Positions 1-13,992 of a DNA stretch of 60,000 nt are shown here, one piece after another. Source of the DNA: Callorhinchus milii (Eukaryota); assembly GCF_018977255.1 (NCBI RefSeq), contig NW_024704742.1:87608001-87668000 (forward strand), given 5' to 3'. Numbering within the stretch: position 1 is the first letter of the stretch; each line of letters starts with the position of its first letter. The notes beneath the pieces were generated by a model. That model was not told the origin of the DNA. It saw only the letters and a program-made list of their open reading frames with translations, and did not search any database. Made by a program: the position numbers and the translations under genes.

Positions 1-350
1 TGATCTGATAGGGGTGTTTAAAATAATTAAGGGAATTGACAAGCTGAACAGTGGATGTTTGTATCCTTTGGTAATAGGATCCAAAGCAAGGCGCATAATC
101 TTAAATTAAAGCTAAAACAGTTAGAAGTCAGGTCAGAACACATTTCTTCACACAGAGTTGTGAAAATATGGAATGCACGACCACAGAGACAGAATCAGTG
201 GGATATTGAAATGGGAGATGGATGGTACTTGGGAATTATATTAGAGTGTGGAAAAAAGGTAGTGAAATAGGATTAAAAGATCTAGCACAATTTAATAAAC
301 TGGCAGAAGAGCCCTGATCAGCTGAATGGCCTCCCTGATTCCTTGTTCCT
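1..350 (+). mobile_element. old CR1 3' fragment
   Basis: Degenerate DLIGVFKIIKGID and HRVVKIWNA motifs plus CR1-type 3' UTR. Similar fragments occur at about 980-1130, 4020-4450, 10090-10440 and 53300-53630. Confidence 0.75.
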
Positions 351-3300
351 AAAAAATCCCCCAGTGAATCTATATAAATGACCTGAGACTAAAACGGACC
401 TAAATTTTGAGCTTGTCCTCAATCTCACAGCAGCCTTCAAACCATTTATATTTCCATCCTTCTCCGCTGCTTTTCTTCCTGGGCCACTTTTGCCAGTCTG
501 TATTTTCCTAGTTTCACTCTTATCTGTCCCAGTGACTTCACCATGTCTCCTCCTTCTCCTCTTGCTCTCCCCCCTCCCCCAAGCAGGGTCATGTGTGGCA
601 TTCCTCAGGCTCTATCCTTGGTCCACTTCATCTTCTCGTCTCCATGATCCCCTTTGATGATGACATCATCTGCAGGCATGGGGTTCATTTTCACATGTAA
701 ATGAATGCTGTTCAACTCTACCACTCCTTTCCCACCCTTGATTTCAGGACTACTGTAGAGTGACAGATTGCCTGTCAGACATCAAGTCTTGGATAAGACC
801 TAACGTCCTTCAACTGAAAGTCCATACAGCTGAAACCTTACCTCAGTGATCACAGTTCACATTTGAGCTCTTGTATGGAGCTGTTTGACTGTGGGAGTTC
901 TACATCTAAGTATTGTAGCAAGTGTTAAATAGTTAACACACAACTCTGGCTTTCTGCTTCCACTCTTGATTCGAGGACCACTATTGTTCTCACTGTTGTT
1001 CTGAGGGATATGGTGGAAAAAGCCTGGATGCAGGACCAGGCATAGGATCTAGGATAGGTACTCATATGGAGTATAAACACCAGCTGGGCTGGATGGGCCG
1101 AATGGCCTATTTCTGAGCTGTATCTTCTATGGAGCATGCCTGTAAGACATCAAGTACAGGATAAGCATTAAGTTCTTTAAACTGAAAGTCCACATAACTG
1201 ATCATCCAGCAGTTAAATCCTTCAGTGTTGCTTTGGGAGGGGGAAGTGTGAAGTGATAGGAAAGAGATCGCATTGTCTGGACCTCTCTTTGCTATGATCT
1301 CTATTACTCCCAATGTGGGGGAGTAAGCAGGGTGCTTCTTGGGGTTGAGCTGGCTCCAAGGTTACGGGCTTGGCGATGGAATGTCAGAATCTATTTACCC
1401 TCTGCGGTGTTCATACTAACCCAGTTTCTGAGCCAGCTGCCTCTACAGTATTCCAGGGCACTGCTGATGACACCACGGCCAGCCTTGGAGGGGCAAACAG
1501 ATCACTGGAAGAAGGGATTCTGGCACCTGTGAACGCTGCACGCCCAAAACTAACAGGGAGAACACGCAGTGGGAATTATACCAGTTAATGCATTCAGTGG
1601 CAAGCTACAGTTTTAACTGGTTAAACTCCAGCATTTTGGGACATATGTGCATTTGACCGCCAGGAAGGTTGAAGGCAAACTAGATGGACCTTGGTCTTTT
1701 TTTTGTCTAGCATTTCTTACATTTTTTTGTCTAGCATTTCTTATGTTCAAGTACCCGACATACATTCTTGGGTCCCCATGCCTTGGCTCTCACCAGCATA
1801 ATACTAATACTCTGCTTAATATTCTCTGGAATTAGGGAGAAAAGGCACATTTCATTTCAGACACACAGAAATGTCCATGTGTAGGTGAAAATACCTAGGG
1901 GAAATGGTTTGGTATCCTTTTATAGATTGGTCTTGGTCATTCTATGCTATCTTTCTTCTCTTCTCCAAAGTGGGAGGTGGGAGGGAGATGTAAGTCGGGA
2001 TGGTCTGGAATACTTTCCTACATTCTTTTTCCTCCAGAAATTGATGAAGGATCCTCCAGAAATCGATGAAGGATGGTACATTTCCTTTCTTCGCGCCCCC
2101 TACCCCCCAAAAAAAATGTTTTAAATAGAGTGTCTGAAATCTGCAGATTAGAACCTGCATATTAGTGTGCTAATATTAGCACAGAACAAGCAGTAAATAT
2201 CAACCAGTCGGAAAATTTATGCGTGAAAGGAATTTGCTCAAAACTGTTTCTGTTCCCTTGTTTATTGAGCGCTTGTTATCTATAAAATAATATTGTGCTG
2301 TTATCAGTAAACTAGTAACATTTTTAATCCACCACAGATTATTTTGTGAATTTTTACACTGCCAGAGTATTGAGTGCTTGTTCCAGAGGTTTTACATCTA
2401 AAGCATTCATTGCTTCAGTTCTGTGTATTATGTTCAGAGGTTTCAGTAAGCTGCAAAATTCATTGTTGCTGAAATCGGTCAGTGAAGTGAGATGTAAACT
2501 TTGTTTGTAGGAAGAAGCAAATATTTCTGAATTTGCTCAGTGGCAATTTGGTCATTCAAACCATACTGTCACTCCCCAGTAGCCTTGTGGATAAAACTAA
2601 TGGATAACAACAAGATAACAGGGTGTTTCCTCCTATTTTCTCTCTCTGCTGCCCTCCTCTTTGTCCTCTCGTGAAGGCGTTAATTATTAATGGTGTACTG
2701 ATCCATAGGCATTGTAGTGGGTACATTAATTTGGATTGAGAAAGTAAACACAAAACCGTACTATAGGATAATAATAATCCTTGCATTTGATATAGCGCTT
2801 TTCAAAGCGTCTCTAGACGTCTCAAAGCGCTTCACAGAGTATGCTGTAAAGTGAATTGACCAAATGTTTGTGGACGAAACACGGCAGCCAATTGCGCACA
2901 GCAGTGTCCCACAAACAGATGCACCAAGTTAGCAGAACAAGAGCAGATGGATTTAGAGTTTGTAAAGGGCAATTTCAGGACAGAGAACTGGAAGGTTTTC
3001 TTTACCAGGGGGTACTGAACAACTGGAACAGGATGGGTGATTGAGGCCAGTACATTGGAATTCATTTATAAAAAACAGTGTGATGACCAAAGGGTGGCGA
3101 ACTGAAAGGATGAGATCACGTGAAACGACGGTTTGGTTACCTGAACTGTTGTTGTAGTAGTATGACCCGCGTCAACTTGATTCAGGTGTTTGCACTATCA
3201 CCTCTGAGTCAGAAAGTGGGTTCCAACCTTGTGTTGAGGACTTTAAGATCATAGACTAGGCTGACACTCCAATCTGGTGCTGGGGAGCGCTGTGTTGTCA

Positions 3301-6300
3301 GAACTGCTGTCCTTCAAGTGAGAAGTTGAAATTGAGATCCTGTCCGCCTGTTCAAGTGGATTATGGAATAAATATTGGAAATTCTCCTGGTGTCCTAGCC
3401 AATAACCCACCCAGGTAAAAGCAAAAATTGGTCAGTCACTTCAGGGATGTTTGTGTGACTTTGATGTGTGCAAATTGACTGTCGTGTTCACCTACAAATA
3501 CTATCACTGCACTTACAGAAAATTCTGTGACACTTCCACTTGACAAAGTGCTATATCAAACGCAAAGATCATTGCCAACAGTGAGAATTGAGTAAGTCTA
3601 GATGGTGAGCACTAGCAGACAATTTGACTGGAAGCCATTCCAGCCGTGTCTAGTCAGGTCTGCATTGACTCACAAATCAGCAGGTACACGGATACCGATC
3701 AGAAGTGGAGAAACTTGGCTGAGTTCTTTGCTGCGCTGAGCTAACACTGACGCCCAATTGTAGCATCTCCAGCTCATGTCCCTGATGAAATCAGCTAACT
3801 CAACAAGGATCATACCTGTTGTCATTAGTCTGCAAGGCTTCACATTTATTTACTCGTGCAGCGTGAGAGACAACAGGATCTTAAACGTCAGATTGCATAG
3901 AACGAATTCTGCATGACCAAGGAAGGCATCCATTAGGAAGTTAAAAAAATACTTCTTAAATATTTGCGAATGGAGAGATAGCTTTGCAAGCAGTGTCTAA
4001 TTATCCGTTAAGTTTGCTGAATTCTGATGGGAGTACTCAATAAAATGTACATGTAAATGTGAGCGAAATGTAAAGTGATTCACTTTGGTAGAGAAAAAGG
4101 GGGAAGAGAATCTACACAGAATGGCAATATCTTGCAAGGAACTGAGGAGCAAAGGGATTTGGGAGGGCAGGTAAGTAAGTGAATGTGGGAAAGGCTTTAA
4201 AGAAAGCTAATAGCATGGGCATAGAGTACAAAAGTAAAGCAATAATGCTGAACAAATCATTGCTTAGGTCACAAATGGAATACTGATTCTAGTTTTGGAT
4301 ATCTCACTTTAGGAAAGCTATTAAGACCTAAGAGGGGGCACAGAAGGTTTTGAGAATGATTTCTGGGGATAAAGTTGTCATTGCTTTGTGAGCCGATGTG
4401 GACTTGATGGGTCGAATGGCCTCTTTCTGTGCTGTAGATTATGTTTCTAATGTCAATCTCTGTTGTGAAGAAGCAAAAGTGAATTACCAATTTACCACCA
4501 ACAACAACAAATTGTATTCATGTAGCGCCTTTCACATTGGGAGGATTTCCCAAGGTGCTGGACGGCTGAGGGTTTGTACCCGAACTGGGGGTTGGATTCG
4601 GGAGGGAGTGGGTGTGGAAAGATGACCGAAGCCGTGGTCAAAGTGGAAGGTCTTGAAGGAGGTGAGAGAAGAGGACAGACTAAAGTATCCGTGATGGATT
4701 TCCAGAGAGTGGGGGCAGAAAGGCTGAAGCCCAACTGCTGATATTGGGTTGGTAGGGTGGGGGACATGTGCCAGCTGAGCGGAGGGAGCAGGCAAATTGG
4801 TATGGTTTTATCCCATCATCAGTCACAGCATATAACTGCCCCGAAATACACTTTCACACTATGCAGTGATTGACATCAACAGAGACCATAGATATTCAAA
4901 GGATGAAAATATTTACTATTATGTATGTGACCTTCCTCTCCCCTCTTCCCCCCCCCCCCCCCCACCACGGTTCTTTTATCAAGGAAGTGAAAATTGAGAT
5001 ATGTGATGAGATAATTATCACATGATCAAAAATCAAGGTTTGAGACTGTCGATAACCGAAGACTGTCCTTGGATATGAATGCTTTTTCTCTCTCTCTCTT
5101 GCCTTGTTCTCGCTCAACCTTCTGGAGGGTCTGGGGCTTGGATGCTAAGCTTCTGTGGCTGCGATTAGGGTTGGCTTCTCAGTAATCCAAAAAACAAAGC
5201 GGCACTGAAATGTAGTGTTCCTCGGCTGTCAAATCCTGCAGCAACCATCGGCAGTTACAGGCTTTATCATTCAACAATGGCTCGGGAGGGAAAGTGGAGA
5301 GGATAGGTCTGGGGCCCAGCTTTAGTTATCGAATGGCTCAACTGCAATTTTCAAAGATGTGATAATTATCATAAGAAATGTAGCAATTTTCGGACCAAGG
5401 TCTTTCTGCCTAGAGAAAACCTACAGTTTATGAAAATCCAGATTAGGTGATCAAGATTCAGAATTAATTTGCGAGCCTGACACATTTTAGATCAGTGGCA
5501 CGCTCTGATGTCAGACACAATAACTTGCATTTACATAGTGCCCTTTATACGGGCAGTGTCTAGGTAAACAGGCGTGTGGAGTAAGGAAACTTGCCCAAGA
5601 TTTCACCCTGCTGGGAATCGAACCCAGGTCTCTCACTTGCGAGGCAAGTGCTCTAACCACTGAGCTACATGACACAGGAAACGTGTATCAAGGCAGTGTT
5701 CAAAACTATATTCATTTTTGTTGTCTTGGCAATTTTCTCCTCTTTCCCTCTTGGATCCTCTGGTGACTCTTGCATTCATCGTAGCCATGAACAAGGAAGT
5801 GGGAGTGAGGAACAAGCAATTGGCTCAGAGTTAAGAGTGGAGGACACAGGCAGAAAAATGGGAATAGACGAGTTTGCAGAGGTAGGGAGTGACTTGATTG
5901 TGATAGGATCTAAAGCTTTGAATGAGGACCTTGAAGTCAATCTGTTGGAGCCAGTGGAGCCTGGGGGGTAATGGGCATGTAGAATCTGATGGAGGAGGGA
6001 ATACTGTCTGCAGAGTTATGAATGAGTTATACCTGAAGGAGAGTGAAAGTATGGAGGAGAGCATTGGAGGTATGTAGCCTCGAGCTGATGAAAAGCATAA
6101 TTGAGGGTTTTAGTTGGAGAGGCGGGAGATAGGGGTAAAGGCAGCAATGTTAAGGATTTCAGCAGCAAAATTCAATTAAAATTTGTTCACTTGAATCGTG
6201 CTCTGTGAAGGATAGCAAGTCCTGACACATCCACTATTTGTCACAGAGCGGGATGGGGTTTTGTTTAAAGGTCGTTTGTGTGTGACGGCAGGGCACAGTT

Positions 6301-6883
6301 CAGCAAACATGGGCTGCACCTTGTCTTTCAGTGGTAAAGTAGAAGATAAGGCGCCCAAACGCTACTGTGTGTGGGCCGATTGGTCCGCCAGCAGAGCGAG
6401 AGTTGTACTCCCCTGACGGACCCATTTTCACGGCCCAGCCTTGACTGACATTCAGACTGCAGTCCTTTACAGTGAGTGAGTTTCCTGGTTTATCGGCTAC
6501 ACTGTTGAATGGAATGGCATGTGGTAGTTAAGCACGTCGTCTCTGGGGGAGGGTGGGACGGGGAGGTGGGGAGCGCACACGGGATGCTGAGGAGATTACC
6601 AGGGTGAACCTATCCTGATTTGGAAACTTGCCTACTGTCAACTGATATGGAGTGGCATTGATAAGTGGGTATGGCAGGGAGAGGAGTTTGTAGCCCAACT
6701 TGTGGCACCCTATGGACTAAAGTACAATTTGCAGATAAGAAAACAGATAACACGGGGGAAATGAGTTGTGCAGCAAAAACAAACTGAAAACATTCACTCC
6801 AACATACTTGTCGTTCTTTGGTTGCCCACAGTCAACTTGAATTCTGTTGGGTCTTGTGCCGTTCTATCAAATCATCGGCCTAT

Positions 6884-7192
6884 TAATAATCCTTGCATTT
6901 GATGTAGCACTTTTCACGTCTTCTAGACGTTACAAAGCGCTTCACAGAATATACTGTAAAGTGAATTGACTGTATATTTGTGGGCGAAATGTGCCAGCCA
7001 ATTACATACAGCAGTGTCCCACAAACAGTCGTGGATTGAAATGATCAATTTATTATTATTTTTTTTTCTTGAGGGATTATTATCAGGCATGTGGAGTAAG
7101 GAAACTTGCTCAAGGTTTCACCCTGCCGGGAATCAAACCCAGGTATCTTGCTTGCAAAGTGAGTGCTCTAACCACTGAGTTACAGGACTCCA
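6884..7192 (-). mobile_element. full-length tRNA-derived SINE
   Basis: Reverse-complement copy running from taataatccttgcatttg to aaccactgagttacaggactcca. Truncated copies also occur near 2770, 8850, 15080, 15770, 21190, 23180, 29170, 33020 and 37335. Confidence 0.9.
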
Positions 7193-10100
7193 CTATTATA
7201 TTAGTGGGGCAGAAAATGAGGTTTTAAAACCTGACTCCTGACAGGAACAACAGCTTGCATTTATATAGCATGCTTCACTTAGGGTAACATTGAAACACAT
7301 CACAGATTGAATTGGATACTGAGCAAGGGAGGGGGGGAGTTGGGGGTCGTGGGGGGAAGGTAGCCAATGGCAGGAGATAGTATTTGAGACGAGACTTAAA
7401 GGCAGAAAAAGAGGAGACGAGACAGACTCACGAGGGAATTCCAGAAGGTAGGGGCGTAGTGGAGACTTGGCCATTGATGGTGGTGCGGAGTGGGCAGGGG
7501 ATATGCATCAGGTCCGAGTTCATTGAGCGGAGAGGGCAAATGGAGGAGTGGGGTAGGAGGAGATCAGTGAGATAAGGGGGTGCCAGTGAATGGATGAATT
7601 TGGAAGTGAGGGTGAGGACCTGGGCGATGTGGAGACTGGTGAGGATAGGGGTGATGGGTGCATAGCATTTGGTGCAAACAATGGAGTTTTGGACAAGTTG
7701 CAGGGGGAGACTAGTGAGGAATGCTTAACCACAAGTATATCATGGCAACCCATGGGAATTCTGCTCTAATAGGATCTACTTCCAGAATCAGGTTCACTTC
7801 TACCATGTCTGGGCAAGAGTTGTTCTTGTGACTCTGAGTCACTATTTATTAAATCCAGGCAATCCATCTTTTCCACTCCTCAGTGTAACATGTTGCTAAC
7901 ATATGCACTGATTGCAGTGATTAACTTAATAGTTTGTCTGCAAACCACAATCACTGCGCTTTACAGCAAATTCTGTGAAGCGCTTTGAGACGTCCTCCTA
8001 ATGTGAGAAGGCACTATATAAGATGCAAAGATGTTTATTATTATTTATCTCAAGATAGAGTGACCTGACTGGCTTGTATATCTTGGTCTGCCAAATTTTA
8101 AGAAACTAGTAACCAAACATTTAACAAACTCTGGTGTGAGGGAAAACCTCCCTCTTACCTTCCTTCCCTGTTCCATGATCCGCATTATCTGTAAAGAGAT
8201 TTGAGACATTCATCCTGCATGAAAGGTGCTGTCCTTAAGTGCGAATTGTGAAAATATAATAAAGATTCAGTAGGTCAGAAAAATTGAGGAATTTCCCAAT
8301 TGTGTAACTGCTACGATCTAACTATTCTTGCATTGCCATGTGCAATGTTTCTGGGTGAGGGATCGTTCTGTACAGTACTTGTTATGTGCTGGGCTTTGGT
8401 CGGTGACCATGACATATCTAGGGGGAGGCGTACTGTATTCAGCAAGCCCGCGCACGTTCCATTTATATAAATCATCAGTTATTGTTTCCTGGGTCCCAGA
8501 GCACATTAAGCAGTGTGACAATACAATCCTTGAGAAAAGTTGGGAATCAGCATTTGACGTCTTCAAGGGTAATCGTGCTGCAGCCCCCAAACACTGATGC
8601 GGAACACAGTGTCTCTACCAGAGATTGACAGCGGCTCATGATTTGGCAAGTGTTTTCCTACCCCACCCCCCCCCCCAACCGTGCAAAGCAGACTACTTCA
8701 GATCAGACGCATTTTAATTTCTATTTTAATTTCTGGTATCCAGTGAGCAAACAGCTCAGTTCATCCCTGTCTTCCTTCTCTGTTGAATGTTCATTATGAC
8801 TTCCTGGAATATAGTGGACCGAATTTTTGATGCCTTGTTAACTAACATGAATAATCCTTGCATTTGATGTGGCGCCTTATCATGTCTTCTAGATGTCTCA
8901 AAGCGCTTCACAGATTGTACAGTAAAGTGGAGTGATTGTATATTTTGTGGGTGAACATGGCAGCCAATTTGCGCACAGCAATGTCCCACAAACAGATATG
9001 AAGTGAGTGACCAATTTTATTAGGGAGTTTGTGGCCAAGACACCAGAGAAGCTCCCTCCTTCAAAGAGTGCCTGGGATTTTTAACTTCCATGTAAACAGG
9101 TCAAAGTAGCAAATATAAATAAAATAATAAATCAATAAATAATAATAAAGAAGGCTTCTTATCTGCACATATTGAGACAGGACCCATTGTAGTTTTGCAA
9201 AATACAAATTGGCTACTATGCTAACCAAAAGCTTCTGTCATCAGGAATTATTCTGTCACTATCTCTTTTTCTCTCACAGGTACAACTTTCGGTCTCAGCT
9301 TCTTTCTCTACCTTTCTATCTCTCTAGCTGATATTCCTTACCTGAAACCTAAAATTATTGAATAAATACACTTACCTGACTTACCCAGTTCACAGTCTGG
9401 CAAGGGCAAATTGCAGACCCAGGAAATGTGTGGACGACTGCACTTTTTGTTTGCCGAACAGAGTTTATTTTGCAGAGGTATATGTAACATGCTAGATACA
9501 TGTAGCAGGCTTCTTCCCTCAACCTCCAATATCTTGATCAAGTGGACCATTATTTATGCGTGAGCTCCGGCAGTATTAGCACGTTATTGGACCAGGGTTT
9601 GGGGCATCGTAGCTGAGCCTGATCCTGTCCAGATATAATGAGAGCACATGCACACCTGCAAGGATTACTGAATAGTTATCAGAAGCAGGAACCCTAGTTG
9701 ATCTTTTCCCCTCTAACCCAGGAGCACGAAGCCAATTTTGGTATCTCCAGTGACATTCTGGCTAAGTCATCACAGACCAGGGATTGAACCTGGGACATTG
9801 GAGTCTGTGTGGCTCAGCTACTCACTCAGTAAACTTGAAGAGCTATCATGAGAGCTAACAACTGAATTTGTGTTTGTTTTTTTAAATTCTGCACAGTATA
9901 ACAACTACTGGATATGTAAAATGCAGCAATGTAAGACTAACAAACCATTTGAACCGCTCGATCAGTTTACTGCTATAGGAAACTGCTGACTTTGATCCAG
10001 AACCCTAGTGTCTTAATATATGTCTGTACTACAGTATTCACTATGCTTCTTTTTAATCTGATTATTGAATGGAGATTAGTTTCTGCAGCTCATGTCCAAA

Positions 10101-12829
10101 TGAATGTCTAAAACTAGGGAGCACAAATATAGAAAAGCTACTAGTGGATCTAGTAGGGAATTTAAGAGGAGATTCTTGATTCAGAGGGTGGTGAGAATAT
10201 CAAACTGACTGCTGGAAACTGGTTGAAACAGAAAGCAGGAAAGGATGCATACATGAAGGAGAACGGAATAGAGGGGTATGGGAGAGGGGATTGGGAGGGA
10301 TGGACACTCATTTGAAGTATAACTATTAATATAACAACAACTTGCACTTAGATGCTACCCTGCCCTCCACGCAGAGCGCTTAATACAGACTAATTGAGCT
10401 TAATAGCCTGTTTCTGTCCTGTAACATTCTATGTAATTCTATAAAATGAAGCAATACTGAAGCATCTGGTCAAAGACAGGTGAGAATTGAACACTAATTT
10501 TACTTCTGCCTTTACCCATCCCACCTCCTTTACCCTCACCAGTACTTTTGTTTTGTCAGCAGGTTTTCTGTCTGACATAGAAACCCTTCACTATGCTTGA
10601 GTGTCCAAACCAAATTGGAAGTTCCACATATGCATGGAAATTGTCATCTTTCATCCTTCCCCACCCCCATACTTGAAATTATGTGAGGTTTTAACTATTA
10701 AGTCACTTCAGGGGACAAGTACTGGACCAATTGCACGATGTTTGAAAAGTGCTACAATGAGTTGCTTTGGAATGTTTGTTTGTTCATTTGATCAGATTTT
10801 TTAAAAATACAAAGAAAACTGCATTGCTTGCATTGCTCTATTCACTCAGACTGCTGTTCAGAGGTAGATTTGTTCACTGGAACCTAGATTGGAAAAAGAG
10901 AGTACTGAATGTTCCCACAGCATGACCAGTTGGCCGGAGGGCTGTTTCTTTCCTTTCTTGTGGTTTATCTCCTTTTGAGTCTAACTCGAGGAAGCGTTGC
11001 CTTATAATTCCTTTGGCTCTTGCGTTGTGCAGTGGATTTTTCTAAACAATCAGCACTGCAGTCAAACGGTTCACATTTGGACTGAAAAAGATCCACAGCC
11101 ATAATTCAAAATGTAAAAATCTCCACGGTTGATCCATTTTCTTTTGTCTATTAGTAGGGTACAGTGTTGGCCTGGTTCAGTTGGTACCATTCTCATCTCT
11201 GAATCAGAAGTTTGTGGGTTCAAGCCCCAGTCTGGACTTTAGGTCATAATCTCTGCTGACACTCCAATGTAGTGAAGGGGATGCTGCATTGTCAAAGATG
11301 GTGTCCTTTGACAAAATAAAATTGGTCATTGATCGCTTGCCTACAAATACTGTCACTAAACATGTTACAGTAAATTTTGTGAAGAGCTTTGAGATGTTTT
11401 GACGGTGTACTATATCTGATGCAAAGATTATTATAACAGTGGATCCCGAGCAAGTGCAACAGGCTCAAATCAAACCAAAAAAAAGGTTGCATGCACCTTA
11501 ATGTATCCACAAGTGAGGATATCCTTATGTTGCTACAAGGCAGTCAGGATATAGGGTGGGCATTTGAGCACTTGCATGCAAAAAATAATGTAATGCACAG
11601 TGTTTTATCTCATCATCTCTCGGTTCTCTTTCCCTGGGTCAAGCATCCCCTGCCATGGGTGGGTGACCCACATCTGGGATAGCTGCATCTGGGCTCATCT
11701 TCACTGTGTGGAGGAACCTGGTCCATCTGTACTATGATGCGTCTGAAATTATTGTGACCACAGCAAAGTGAAGGATCCACCCTGGGTCCTACCACTCTGG
11801 GCAGTGCAGATCCCCATTGCACACAATACATGTCATTCAAATATACTGTGTACTGAACAACAGTTAGGGACAAGTTTGTAGCATTATTTTGCATCAGTAA
11901 AATTACTTAGTTATATTTGTGTGGGGTGCGGGAAGGATTAGTAGTTTTAAAAAAAGAACAAAGGAAAATTGTCGAGGATGCTGTGGAGAGAAGTCAGGGT
12001 AAGAGATCCAAACAGTGTGATCTGAACAGCAGAGAACACAAACCGGGTTGCAAATGCTGGAACCAAGTGCGGCCAATATGTGCTTAATGCAGCATGTCAC
12101 TACAACTACAACAATTTGCATTTATTTAGTGCAGTGGTTGCCAACCTTTTTGGTCGTCCAAAAAATACATTTTCTGGATTTCCTGCTGGAGACTCAGTCC
12201 AGTTGTGAGGTGCCAATAGCACAACTGTTTTATTAAGGAGCTTTTTTTCGACCCCATTAAGAGTACAAAGAGCATTGTGTTCTTTGGAGTGAATGTTGGC
12301 TGATCGATGGCAAGCTGGGAGTGAGTGAGTTATAGGTAGGAATCTAATCCAGGGCACCTCACACTGAAAAAGAGGGACAGAAACAATAGAATTCTGACTT
12401 TGTACTCGCTGAAAAATGTTTATTGTGACTCATAGATTCTTTTGCCATGTTTGTTTTTTTGATGAGACTTCAAACTGGGTCCCTTCTGCCTATTCACCTG
12501 GATGTTAAAAATCCCAAGGCACTATTCAAAAAGAAAAGGGAATTTCTTCTGGTGTTTTGGAGCACATTCGCCTCCCTCCCCCCCAAAAATATTGGTCATT
12601 CACTTCATGGCTGATTATGGGACATCGCTCTGCACAAATTGGCTGCTGTGTTCCCTACGAGTAGTCAGTGTACTTTACAAAACCTTTGAAGCGTTTTAAG
12701 ATGTTTTGATGTGATAAGATGGGATATCAAAATGCAAGGATTATTATAACTCCTGGAGCAGGTGAATTGACTGCTGTGGAAATATATTCGGCAGAGGTGA
12801 CACAGCAATCATGATGTTAACAAAGTAAG

Positions 12830-13992
12830 TGGTTGACCACTCTATCCTCATCCACCGCCTCTTCTCTCACCTCAACCTTCACAATTCAGTCCTTGAATGG
12901 TTCAGATCGTACATCTCACGCTATCTCCACTTCGTGTCCACAAACAGTTTCTCTTCTCGCCCCCGCACTGTCTCGTGTGGCGTTCCTCAGGGCTTTAACC
13001 TTGGTTTCCCCCACCTTCACTATCTACATGCTCCTTCTTGGTAACAACATCCGCAGACATGAGGTCAACTTACACATGTATGCGGATGACACCCAACTGT
13101 ACCTCTCTGCCTCCACCCTTGACATCAAGTCCTGGATGAGAGCTAACTTTCTTCAGTTGAACATCAACAAGACCAAGGCCCTCCTGATTGGCGCCCGTCA
13201 ACTCCTCCACACCTCAGATGCTGACAGCATCACCATCCGTTGGATGCACACTCCATCTTACTAAGCCAGTCCAAAACCTTGGCATCTGGTTTGACCCTCA
13301 ACTATCCTTTCAACCCCACATCGTGCCATGACCTGCTCTGCCTTCCCCCACCTCTGCAACATCTCCCGGCTCCTCCACTGGCTCACACCGCAGGCCTGCG
13401 AAACCCTCATACACGCATTCATAACATCGAGGCTTGACTATGCAAACACCTTGCTTGTCGGCCTCCCCAACTTCTCCCTCCATAGGCTGCAGATCATCCA
13501 GGACTCTGTAGCCCGTGTACTGTCCCACACCAGGCTCCGTGACCCTATCACCCCCATCCTCGCCGGATACAGTTCAAGATCCTAGTCCTCATCTTCAAAG
13601 CCCTCCATGGTCTTGCTCCCCCCTACCTCTGCGACCTCCTAACTCCCTACCATCCTGCCCGCTCCCATTGCTCAGCGGGCTCTGGCCGCCTTCACATCCC
13701 CCGCCTCATCTGCCCCACCATTGCCAGGTGGGCCTTCTGCCACTCTGCCTCCATCCTCTGGAACCCAATCCTGCAGTCCCTCGCCCCCTCCCTTGCCTCC
13801 TTCAAGATCCATCTCAAGACCCTACTCTTTGACCGTGCTTTTGATCACCCTCCTTCCCCCCACTGCCCTTCACCCTCCCCAACCCTGACCCCCAGCTCGG
13901 GTCCAAAACACTGACTGTCCAGAGCCTTGGGACATGCTCCCGATGTGAAAGGCGCTATACAAATGTAATTTTGTTGTTGTTGTTGTTGTTGG
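12830..13992 (+). mobile_element. L2-clade LINE 3' part with (TTG)n tail
   Basis: Motifs [31 protein letters not shown] and FITSRLDYAN. Ends in gatgtgaaaggcgctatacaaatgtaatttt(gtt)n. Confidence 0.92.
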